A stretch of DNA of 63,988 nt, counting the filler, from Perkinsus olseni (lineage: Eukaryota), in the NCBI GenBank assembly GCA_013115125.1. It is 6 parts of 6 records of this genome, joined end to end, with 100 filler letters (N's around TTAATTAATTAA, not from the genome) between each part and the next. Parts side by side here need not be neighbours in the genome. Positions count along the whole stretch, not along the records: positions 1 to 10,765 come from JABANN010000861.1; positions 10,866 to 21,618 come from JABANN010000862.1; 4 more parts are not named here. The stretch is one strand, 5' to 3'. The position numbers were made by a program, and so were the translations under genes. The notes under the pieces were generated by a model. The model was given only the letters and a program-made list of their open reading frames with translations. It made no database searches and had not been told where the DNA came from. Below are positions 1 through 11,316 of this stretch, piece after piece (position 1 is the stretch's first letter; each line of letters opens with the position of its first letter).

Positions 1-138
1 TCCAAGGCTCGGAACTCGGTAACCGAGTACTTGGACTCGGAACTCGGAACGCCTTAGCACTTTAATCGGCTCCCGGTGTCCCCTCTCGCGGGTTCTGGTT
101 TCGCGTATGCCTTTCCCAACCTCAGCGTCTATGGGTTT

Positions 139-758
139 CCTAAGGAGAAAGTATATTTTCTAAGGAAGAAATCTCGCTCGCCCTCGACATTTTTCTAAGG
201 AGACTGCACTTTTTTAAGGAGATTTTGCATCTTCCTAAGGACGCTTCCCGCGCGTAACTCCCACCTCTTACACACCGCAGCCTTCGGGTTTTTGGTGAGT
301 CGGGTTCCGGGTTCACGGGGGTTACGGTCTGTACTCCACTAGGTCGTGGTTTTCTTTTTTAACGCCCGCTAGCCGAAGTAACCTTCAGTCGCTGTCTTGT
401 ACGCGCGCGTGCCGCACGACGCGTGTGGATTAGGACAGTTTAGCGCACAATCCCCTTATGAGCCGGGACAGTCTGGCGCATAAGAAATGCTGCATGCAAG
501 TGGTCTTAACACTATTAGAATCGCATGCCGCACATTCTGTCGCGTACCCCCAGCACAATTGTCTGCTTCCCATGCGGAAGTCCGACTAGGATTTAGCTAT
601 AGCGATGAACACTCCATTCCATCAAAACCACTCCTTTTTTATCTCTCTTATCCCATTTCCTCGGGAATCCCTATCCCTTGAGTTGGTCACTCCAAACGCG
701 CCGGCGTATTTTCGGGCGAGCGAGATTTCTTCCTTAGAAAATATACTTTCTCCTTAGG
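139..758. repeat. 45-bp perfect inverted repeat pair (139-183 / 714-758); MITE-like or two facing transposon ends
   Basis: CCTAAGGAGAAAGTATATTTTCTAAGGAAGAAATCTCGCTCGCCC at 139-183 is the exact reverse complement of 714-758; TTT lies outside both ends; no convincing ORF inside. Confidence 0.7.
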
Positions 759-769
759 TTTCTGCATTT

Positions 770-3700
770 CACCTTTCCAACCAAGTGGCTTCCGGTTCCC
801 TTCTTCCATGAACTCGGTCCGGCATATCATTCAACCTGTCATACCAGTCATTAAAGAGCTTGCTCGTCTTACAAGAGATGTAATTGCCGTTGGGAGATGG
901 GGCCTGAGGTTTACTGAACTCGCTCTGAGTTAGTCTCAGGAATGCGGCAATAGATGGAATGAGTATCTCAGTGGGTATGTTGATACATGCCGCCGGACTC
1001 TGTTTTTCTGAGCATCTCATAGTTTCGGAATCATCACGAATTGTCTTGCATACTGTCGTCGAATTACCGAAAATTGCGGGTGCTTGTCTATCATTGGCTC
1101 AGGGGAATTCCACACTCTCAAGCTGGACTCCAGCTGCTGGAGGTGCTTAATTCGTAGTCATGACGCCCGGTTCTGATTTTCTTGAAATCGTATCGTAGTC
1201 TCGAAATCATCGTGAGTTGCCGTGCATACTGTCGTCAAATCATGGATATTTGCATTCTCTTGTATACTGTTGGTTCAGTGAATTTCCGCCTAAGGGCGAC
1301 AACACTCTCAGGCTGGGAGTGCTCATATTCATGGCGCCCGGCTAGCACTCTATGCGGCCAACTTGGTGGAATAGGAGTTTTTTTTGGGAACAAGCGATCG
1401 CTCTATCTCTGTTCTTTTTAGTTGGGAGAACGGCTGCTCATGATGGATGATGAGATGGCCGACCAGCGTGACCGGCATCGCCGAGATCGTCCGCAAAGGC
1501 GGGCTGGAGATGCTCTGGTGGAGCTCTATCTCAGGATAGACCCACAGCTCACTGCAGGATTCCTAATGTAGTACTGAGTTACATTCATTTCAGACCTAAT
1601 GCAGTACTGGGAAGAGTCTTTTGCTCTTCATTTCATGCCGCTAGTTGGGGTCGAACCCGGGGTCTTCCCGTGAGGAAAATTCTCTTTAAGTACTTGTGAA
1701 TGGGTCGAAAGACTGGTTCCCATCTGCATGCCACAGAATGATTAGTACTTCTTTTCTCTTTCAGGTATAACATTCTTCTCAGTCTCATCTTCAATTCCCT
1801 CTCCTGTTTGGCGGCGATCATTTCGTAAGATTCTCATGTGAGAGTTATCATCGTGATGACTAGAAGCTCCACTGAATCACTCGTCAATCTTCCGGAATTA
1901 TCTCGTTCTTGAGGGAAGATTTGCCGAGTGAGGGAATCTTAGTAAGGGTGGAATTGCCTTATAGACTATTTTGACGTACTTTTTCGGGCTCTTGTGCAAG
2001 GAGTTCTCCGTATTCGGTAAGTGAATGATCTAATCGTGGTACATGATTTGGAATGTGCCGTGAAGAGATCCTCGGTTCCTAGCACCTTCCTAGCATTCTC
2101 GCCGGTATTATTTCTAACCTGATCAGATTGTGGACACCGGAGTTGCTCGGCATGGAACAGATCGATAGCAGCGGCAGTGATCTCCCTGGGTTCAAGATAT
2201 GGGTTGGGGTATTCACTCTTGTCCAGGTTTGTCATAGTAAGATGGGGTATATTCGAATGATTCGCATCGAATCAGGGGATTTCTGCTCGTGGCACACTGG
2301 TTGAACGGAATTGGAGTTCTTTTTGGTCGAAAATGGTGGCAGCAGTATTTAGACGATCTTCCGTACACTTCAGCCTGAGAAAGGTTCGGTAAAATTTTTG
2401 TTGGGCAGATCTCCAAATTCATCGAATCGATGAGGTTTTCATCATGGAGTTTGCGTTTGAAGGATTCTTCGCTGTGGACAAATAGGAGTCTATTTTGAAA
2501 ACTCTTTCGACGCTGTGTCTGGGCTCACGTTGCGGAATGCTGTCAACAATAGTGGGTAGTTCCGCGAGAGAAGAGCAACTTTCCAAGCGAAAAGGGCTTC
2601 GGGTACTTTTCGTACATTCAACTCGTAAAACGCGTTTCGATATTCGAATTAGTTCCAATCAGTTTTTTTCGAATTTTCCATATCAACTCGGCACTGGTCA
2701 TTCTTAATAACCTGAATGGTTTGAGTCTTGACGAATGCTACCAGCGGGACGAGTGGATCGTAGTCCGACAAATCGAAACGTCTCGGGTCGCTAGCTTGTG
2801 AATGAGAACTGCGACGGCCTGGCAGTCGTCCGGCTGTGGTAACGAGAATGGTTGATCATTCTAGTAGGAGACTGAGTGTGACTTTGCATGCCCGTCCTTT
2901 CAGTACCGGGTCGAGTGGCTTTCTTCAACGTGTTGTTGCATATCCAGCATGAGGCTGGTGAGCTACCTCCAGTTCACAGATGGAGGTCGAGGGAGAGAGC
3001 TATCGAGGACCTGGTTGGCAGGTTAGCGCATCGGAGTCTGTCCTGTGGGGGGGAATGCTTTCTTTTTTTCAGATACTCCAGATTCTCTGAGAGCCGCTTG
3101 TGTGTGATGAATATGAAGATTTCGATGTTTGCGTATTTCTGGTGAGTCCCGGCGATTGGCATGTCGGATGCAATTCCCGTACGCTAAAAATGGCGTTCAT
3201 GGAAGTCAGTCGTGCTCGGGCCGAATTTTTGATATCCAAATAGACGACTAGCTCATATATTGACAGTCCGGCTGTAATATTAGAGCCCGGGAAGGGACTG
3301 AAGCGTCTTTTCCGCTGAAGGCATTGTACCTCATACGACGTCGTGGCTTGCAAATCCTCGACCGAACCCCATGTTCAGTACCACCTCGCGGAGGGATGCG
3401 CTGCTCCCTTCCCTCTGGAGGCTCATCTTCTTGATGATGATTTTTCTTTGACAGACTTGAAAGTTCAGTCAAGATATTCTGGGTGGTGCCAATTGTGTAG
3501 TGGTTTGTTTCCCCCGGTGGAATTTGGGGGAGATTGGAAGCTTTTCATGCAATCTGGCGCCGATAGTATAATGATGGAGGCGGACCAGTCGTTTTTCACT
3601 CTGCTCCTCTGTAGGATGGATTGGTGTGATGCCGCCTCAGGTACGTACTGGGAGTTCTTTTTGCTCTGTCTTCGGATGGATCGTCCGGTACGAAGAACTT

Positions 3701-4300
3701 GATGTTGGCATTGATATTGCAGGCAGTGGTCAGGATGATGGTTGTTGTTGGGTAGTAGCGGCGTTGAGGAAATGCAAGAGAGCAAGTGGTGGTTGGTCTA
3801 TGAAGATCATCCTTCAGGTATTTCCGCATTGGCTTCCCGGATCCCGTGCGTGGTGGGAGGAGAGTGGGAGATCGGAGGTTGGAGGCGTGGAGGAGGCGTG
3901 CCATGTGGGTCGTAGTCTGTTAGGCTTGGAGGGACTCCGGGTTCGAGGGTCGCTATTTTGTGGAGAGCGTGAGCTGGGTGGTCGTCTTTCTTGATACCCC
4001 GGCGAAGAGCTCTCTTTTCTGTATTTCTGTGGGAGTGGACAGTTTTGGAAGTGGCGTCGGACGACCTCCAGAGAGTCGAAGTCCCGCTTTCCTCTTTCAG
4101 CATGCAAATGCAAGAGTTTGTTGAGGATGATGGCGGCGGCAGAGGAGAGGGTCTTCCCTCCCCCACGCCGAGTACTGTACTCGGTGAGCTACCAGTGGGA
4201 AGATACGACTCGTGGCCGAGGACAATGGCAGACGAGGAGAATCCGTAAGTAGATTGGCAGCCTTTCACGCAGTGCGAAGTCCTCTGAGTAAAGTTGAACT
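770..4300 (-). pseudogene. Decayed, intron-free coding-like region, probably transposon-derived
   Basis: Chains of short interrupted minus-strand ORFs, a CxxC (CWIC) near 2940, and diverged internal repeats near 1029-1130 / 1206-1320; no diagnostic motif recognised. Confidence 0.25.
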
Positions 4301-4548
4301 CTCCGCTGTGGTTTTCTAAATGTTCTCTATCGTAAGTGCAGACTCGGATCTCGGAAGCTAATCACCTAGTTCTCGCGGTGATGCTAGACGACGTTGTTAA
4401 TAGCGAATAGAAGTATGGTTGGAAATGTCGCTGAATGGGTGCCGAAGAAATTTGTTCGAATCTCCACCGCAGGGCGTACGCTTGTTCAAGGATTCTCAAC
4501 TTAATAAGGGGTTCCGCTGACATCGCTGCTCTACTCTGACGTGTTCAG

Positions 4549-4763
4549 GTGCGCAGTGTGTTTGAGCCGGTTGGAGAAGTCTGACACTTGTCGGCTACTC
4601 CCATGCAAGCATATCTTCCACAAAGATTGTATTGATGGTAATATAATCGATCGACTGGGCGCGCGAAGTCTCAATTTGAGTCATTTATGCTGTAGACTGG
4701 CTGCAGCAATCATCGAGATGTCCGCTTTGTACATTGGACGTCAGAGAAGCGAAGGAGGATTGA
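4549..4763 (+). CDS. RING-H2 zinc finger, 3' exons only
   Basis: Exons 4549-4637 and 4696-4763 (GT-AG intron) give [41 protein letters not shown], stop at 4761-4763. Confidence 0.8.
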
Positions 4764-5644
4764 AGGATCGAAATCGATCAACGTGGCGCGCGCTATTCAC
4801 ATATGACGTACGCCGTTTTTTTTGCGTATCTCGAATGTTTGATGAGTTTTTACCATAAGGTCGCGATTTTAGTCGAATATCCATGTAGCGATTGCTGTAA
4901 GCGCAATTTTTAATGAAGTGACTGTTGAGTTCTAGTTGTTATGGCCAGCTTTTTGATGTAGGCGAAATGGGCACTGAGAATGGGCGGCGAGTTTCAGGTT
5001 GCGAGTCGGAGGTCTCGGCCTCGCTCTGGTCCGATAACTTATCGCCGATAAGAAATGGAATTTTTTTGTGGTTTTGGGAGGTCTCCTGGCTCTGACGGTT
5101 TTCCGGCTATCTGTAATATATTGCACGCTGTGGTCTCTAGCCGACCATAGTGACGGCCGCGAGGCACTTCTTGGCAGGAGGAGGTGGGTAGGAAGACGAG
5201 AAGCATCTTTGAGGAATCTTCCTGCTCTGAGCAGTTCGAGCGTGGGTGAATCATTGCGGAGTGTCAGCTTTCAGCCTTGAGAGTTTCTCCACGGGAGGGT
5301 GGCACCTCGGAAAAGGAGTTGCTCTCACCTGCCCAACGGCGCCTCGCCACGCGCAGCTGCACTTCGGGGCATGGAGCAGGGTACCACTCGGTTAACTTGC
5401 TCGCGTGCTACCTCAAAGTTCTATAGCGGAAGTTTTCAACTTTTCGAGGTCAGGATCTACGGGTAGCCTAGATCAGGACACCTCCAAGTCTCGGACGACT
5501 CTAGGTCGACCAGGGGAGAATGACTTCGCTTGGTTGAGGAGGCTTCATCCCCAGAGTTCGAGTACAAAATGGCGCGAGTTGGACTTGTGCCAGTTATCGC
5601 TCTGTGTTTTCCAATCCACTGGAAACGAGAGCGAGCCTTAGAAT

Positions 5645-5716
5645 AGCCGCTACCCGGATTTGAACCGGGGTTGTCACGGCCACAACGTGACGTCCTAACC
5701 ACTAGACGATAGCGAC
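5645..5716 (-). tRNA. tRNA-His(GTG)
   Basis: Cloverleaf GTCGCTA...TAGCGGC, anticodon arm TCACG-TTGTGGC-CGTGA, T-arm GGTTCAAATCC. Confidence 0.93.
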
Positions 5717-8700
5717 TCGGATGGGAAGTTTTCCGGTTCTTCTCGCATGCTTGCCAGATGCTCAGTCTGTATGGATCGCTTTGTAAAGACTGGCTGATTG
5801 AGAAGAACACAACACCAGCGGTTCCCCATCTGGAATCCAATCTCTGGCCTATTGCCTTCGCATCATGAATGAATCAGCCTAGCTTCTTACCGGAGCAAAA
5901 TATGAACTTTACAGGTTTTTCACGAGCTGCCTCTCGAAATCCGCGAGCAGGGTATAGCGTTCATTCATAGAGTGACCCAACGGGGCTCGTCATCACAGTG
6001 TTGATGGTACTTTGATGGATACCCGAGGGACTCAGCTCCAGACGGCAATCGGACAGTCGTCGAAGACGGTTCAACTTGAGGTTGCAGATAACGCTGCTAG
6101 GACCTCTCCGACCACCTACGACTTTAAAGTGTGAGTAGCACGCACTGAGTACAGACGCTACAAAGACTCGCCGTGCTCGAGCATCCTCTGGGTTAGGCGC
6201 CTTTTGATCTTCCTCGTCTTGGCTGATGCGATATCAAATGCCGGGTTCGACTACTCTGCCTCGCAGCCTGCATTAGTGACTTACTTCACACTGCAGGTAG
6301 CCTGGTAGGCATATGTTGCTGCCCAAGTTGCCGACGGTCATCAGGTTATCCTTCATTTGGCACTGTTATTATCATCATTCCTGCTATCTTGGAACACCTT
6401 CCTCCAACGCTTTGGGCTGCTAGGGATGGCCTGTCGAGATGCCTGGCCGCTGGTCCTGGCTGCCGCTCTCAGATTATGTCAGTCTGCACATTGTCGCTGC
6501 TTACTGCGCATCGCTCGTCTGATCCGCTCCGTGTGATGCCTCCTCAGTCCCGTCTCGTTCAGTTTGCAATTTCCCTTTGGCGTTCGGCGAGAGCATTCTT
6601 CGAATTCTGCATTCTCGGAGTTGAGCTTCTCCCCTGTATGTTATTGATCGGGACTGAGACTCATGGCATTTTGATGACGCACATGGCCTCACCTTGCATA
6701 TGGCTCGGCATTACATGCATGCCGCGAGTAGTCGCATCAGGTTCCCTAATGGCGGTTCGGATACCCCGGATGGTATCGGCCTTCGAATCTGAGGAGCCGT
6801 CGGGCTTCAGTGGGGCCCATCTCATGATACATTCGATGCTGTCGGTGTTGACGTATGTAGCAGTTTTGAGGTGGGGCGGGTACTGCGATGGTGAATTCGT
6901 GGGAATGCTAGACCGTGGGGAGATACACTAGGATTTTTTCGACTTGAATGGCGTAACAGAGTTTTTTCAAGAATTCTTGATCCTTTGCGCTGCGCTTACT
7001 TGTGAGAGCGATCTTGACCGAGGGAGCTCGACCGGCTCCGGTTTAGAAAAATCCCCCTAAAGGTCTCTAGTTCTGAACGCGCGGGTCTGAATCTTGGGCT
7101 ATGTCGCTGTGCCACCTTCATTATCATCCATCGCAAAGTGAAGATCACATATTGTTATCACAATATGAGCATGATTCTGTGCACCGTATTCGCCGCTTTC
7201 CTGTATAGCTAACGATCGGCTGTTGGGAATCCAATTTTCTCATGCTAATGGGAGCACTTCACGGTCCTCTGCTCTTCCTCCCCATAGCGGGGCTATTCTC
7301 TCGAGGTACGGAGTTCGGTTAGGGCGAGCGAAGTATTACAACCCTCGAGTCTGGGTGAAATGCTCAGCCGGGCGAATCTAGATACTCTCGCGCCCTGCCA
7401 TTCCCATGTACGATAGTTCTCATTGAAGATGATGTCACTCCTGCTGTGATTCTCGTTGGTGGCGGTGGCGTTAGGGTATGGTCATGCGTGCTAGCGATTG
7501 ATAGGAAATGCCCCCATCACCATCACCAGCGTCGAGGATTGCATTGTATCATCCGGAGGTGGAAGGTTCATTGAGGCTGGCTGATACCTCACAGGTGCTG
7601 GTCCGTGGGATGCTTACTATCGTTGATCCGCCAGACTGAGCTGCGGGACAAGTCCCCTCGTCGGATCCTTTCAGGCTGCGTCGGCCGCCTTGCGTGCTCT
7701 TGACTCGACAGCAGATAGAAGGGAGCTCTCTAACACTCCAGAGCCGCTCGGGTCGTCTTACCTGGCATGGACCACTGGTGAATCGCTGATTTGCGGCAGT
7801 GAAGGTATTGGTGGGAATCGTGTGGCGCTATGTTGACGTCATTGCTTGCTTCTGCGTACAATGTTAACCGTGAGGGTTCACCGGCGTGAAGTGTCACCAC
7901 TTGACGTCCTTATTGATCGATATACTCTCGAGGATCTTAATCCGGCGATGGTTTGGAATGAGCGCTAGAGCATGATAGGTGTGATTCTGATCAAGAGCAT
8001 AATACAATGAGTACTTAAGGAACAGTCAGTTAGTACTGCTATTGCTAGGAGACTTGTGTGCATGCGCAGTCACTTGCACGGTATTCTTTCAACTCATTGG
8101 GCGTGTTGACAGGTTCTGCCTTCCAAGTCTCATCAGGGGTTCTTAATGGAGGATTGGAGGTAACATCAAATCGGAATGCGCGCATTCACTGGGCGGATTA
8201 TTATTTTTCCTCGGGGAAACTAGAGGTGTTCGAAGCTTCCGATTCCGAAGCTAGTTGCAGGGGTTGCGCAGTACGCGCCGCTAGGATCGTTTCCTACGTG
8301 CGGGTCGTGAAGAGTGATGGTGATAGTATCGCCGCGGAGCAGAGCCGCCTCAGCTGGGCGTATGACTTTGGCGGAGAAAAAAAGATTTTCACAGTGTAGT
8401 CGCCGCCGTAAGCGTGTGGAACCCGGTTAAGCTTCTCTCAGAGACGCAAGTCTCCCAACCCTAAGTGACTCCCTGTCCCGGGGGTCGGTTCTGAGGTATT
8501 TCCGTAATTATAGTGACGACTTTTGCGATTCGCCAAGCAGTCGAGTTCCCATTCATTGAAAAAGTCCTGTAGACTATGAGGGAGCATTGAGGATGATGTT
8601 TGCTCGTGAAAGCTCTGGGTTCTTGTCTGGTACTTTGACCGAGTCAGATTTCGCAGCGAACCGTCGCAAAATTTTCGGTGCCCTTCGATCGTAGCTAACG

Positions 8701-8761
8701 GTGTGACGGTGTCGCCCCCCAACAGCAGTGGCATTTCACTCCGTTTCCTCGCCTCCCAGCC

Positions 8762-10255
8762 TTGGGCTCCGTTCATTGCGCGTTTCATCAGATAACCTCG
8801 AAGTCCTTCGCGCCCTTATACGGCACCTCGGATGTTTCTACCTTGCCCGACGGGAGGTTGCTGACGTCCTCTCTCACAGCGGGAGTGCGGTTGTGGTCAC
8901 CTGTGGCGTCGTTCAAATCTCGCTCGCCCGATAATCCGATGAGCACGTTATCGATACATGCTGCTACGGCAATAAGTGGGACGTCGGATTGCGAGGGGAT
9001 CATGTGGGGGACGCAAAGCGGCAGCGTGCAGTTGGTGAAGTCGTCTGATATGAAAGGGGCTAGATATGACTGGAAGGTCGGCGGCGGCGGCGGCCCGGCT
9101 TCACAGCAGCGAGGAGGCGTCGCATCGCTCCGCTGTACAGAAATAGTCGGAGGCAACAGTTTCTCGGTGATGACGGATGATTACAGCGTCTTTGTTGGTG
9201 ATGTGCATGCGTGCGGGAAATGGACTCACATTATACCCTCAGAGATCGTCAAAGGCGATGGGAGTCATCGCACTACTTCTAGTCTACTTGCTCCCTCACC
9301 GTGTAATGAGAGTTTATTGGTCGCAGCGGTGGGCCCGAGCAGGGTTATTCGCTTTGCTGACGTTAGACAGAAGAAACTTCTCAAGGATTTGAAGTTGGCC
9401 CTAGTTCCTACCAGTGTATCCTTACGGATGGACGGGGCATTCATGGCGGTTGGGTCAGAGAGCGCGGCCCTGGTTTACGACTTGCGATCATTGAAGAGTC
9501 CAATCATCAAGTTTGAGGAAGTCCCGGCGAGGAGTTTGTCGTTTTATCGACATTATGATTATGAGGAGGTAGGAGGGAGTAGCTACAGCCCTGGAGTCCT
9601 TCGGATCTCGATACATGCATTCTATGGGGCTCGGGAGTCTTGTGATCAATTGGGTCTCGCCTTACTGAATGCGATTCTGGCTGATAATAATCAGGCACAT
9701 GGAAACGATGGTCTTGTCTTGTTGTAGGAATCCCATACGCCGAAGGCAAGTACTCCCCGTGGGAAGCAAGGTGTATCAAAGTCATTGACTCCTCACACTC
9801 AGAGGCTAGCAGGAATGCTTAAACGCATTGGTGCTCCCGCTAGGCCGACGAATTCTGACACGACGAACAACTCCTTCAAGTCGAACTTGCCATCGGCTGC
9901 CCAATCGTCTCACTTTCTTGATGAATCGTCGCGACAGCTCATAGTAGACAACAGCAGTAACAACGGAGATGATGAAGGAGGGGAAGATGATGGTGATAAG
10001 AGTCCGACCGATACTTCTTTCGTCGTTGCGGATCGGCGGGGATCTCAATCTTCTGCGGGCGGTATTAGTATGCGTAAATTAACGTTGAGCGGTGGCGAGG
10101 GAGGGGCGGCCTGTTCTACTGCGGATATCGAAATGCTGGTATCCTCGTTAAACAGGATGCATGTTGAAACAATCGGCAAGTTGCGGTATTTGGAGATGCG
10201 ACAGACGAAGATGGAAAATACTTTAGCAAGCATTCTCGAGAGGCTCGATAAATAG
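8762..10255 (+). CDS. WD40-repeat protein with C-terminal coiled coil, NEDD1/GCP-WD-like (5' end uncertain)
   Basis: WD40-like segments (IRFADVRQKK, LVYDLRSLKSP), Ser-rich linker, C-terminal LNRMHVETIGKL helix; probable intron ending at 9727. Confidence 0.6.
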
Positions 10256-10703
10256 CATGTCTCTTTTCCAGTAGTCTGATCATTTCTCGAGTTTGTAAGT
10301 CGGAGTGAAGGCATCACTTTTATTACAGAACCTCTGCGCCGCTACTCGGAGATCATTCAGAGTCTACTCCCCCAGAATTTGAAGCGAACAGTTCCAACAG
10401 ATGCGAAGCTAAGCATGATAACCAGTCGCTAGCGCATCGCATCCGCAATGTTGAGCCACTCAACTTGAGTGAGCACAATTCCTTTGTTGTTGACTCTTGG
10501 AAGTGGGAGGGCCCCACTCTCGGTTCACAAACTCAGAAACCCTACAGATACGCGCTGGGTTGCGTGCAGCGGTAAAAGGCCAGGTGAACTCTGCGAGGGA
10601 GGCTGCAGCGCACACGCGATAGGAAGGCCCTACAAATTGGACCTGCCTGCGAGAACGAACGAGCGGTATCACATCGCATATGCATGATCGAAGCGATTTT
10701 CGT

Positions 10704-10764
10704 GGCGCTATCGTCTAGTGGTTAGGACGTCACGTTGTGGCCGGTTCAAATTCGGGTAGTGACT
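10704..10764 (+). pseudogene. tRNA-His(GTG) pseudogene with 11-nt deletion
   Basis: Near-identical to the 5645 copy but lacks the 3' anticodon stem and variable region; lies at a contig end. Confidence 0.7.
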
Positions 10765-10765
10765 T

Positions 10766-10865
10766 NNNNNNNNNNNNNNNNNNNNNNNNNNNNNNNNNNN
10801 NNNNNNNNNTTAATTAATTAANNNNNNNNNNNNNNNNNNNNNNNNNNNNNNNNNNNNNNNNNNNN
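10766..10865. other. Artificial contig linker (N + TTAATTAATTAA)
   Basis: 100-nt N run with six-frame-stop 12-mer; same linker at 21619-21718, 32403-32502, 43155-43254, 53896-53995. Confidence 0.97.
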
Positions 10866-11316
10866 CAGTGGTGCAGAGACGGTATCTTGAAACCGTCAGA
10901 GTCTTGCAAGTTGCACGTAGTCATCACACTGTGACACTGTTATCGCAAAACAGCTATGTACACGCGAGTTGCTCTATTGCGTGTTGCTATATTATAACAC
11001 AACCGGACATAGTGTCAGTCAGTCGCGACGCTGAAGAAGCTAGAAAACGAGTACACCATTGTGTTGGTAGTGTCGGCTCGGTGTCAATTTCCACGGAAAG
11101 AATTTCGTCATAGACCTCGCTACTTTGACAAGGTTCTTATTGCGTTGCTTGAAGCAGTACGGGTTGTCTGTGAGAGAGGTAGGGAATGGTGCTATCTCAC
11201 GTTCTGTGTTCTGAGAGTCGCTAGACCACTCACTATTGTCGACAGTTGCTTGGCTACCTTCAGTGGTCCTTCAGTCTGCGTTCTCTCAGCAACTCCATCG
11301 CTATCGTTTTGTTGAC

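Noticed and set aside
6389-6931. 180-aa plus-strand ORF as a gene
   Set aside because: No recognisable motif, TTG start, probably a shadow ORF of decayed DNA
10810-10821. TTAATTAATTAA as a biological motif
   Set aside because: Embedded in N runs; it is a standard six-frame stop linker
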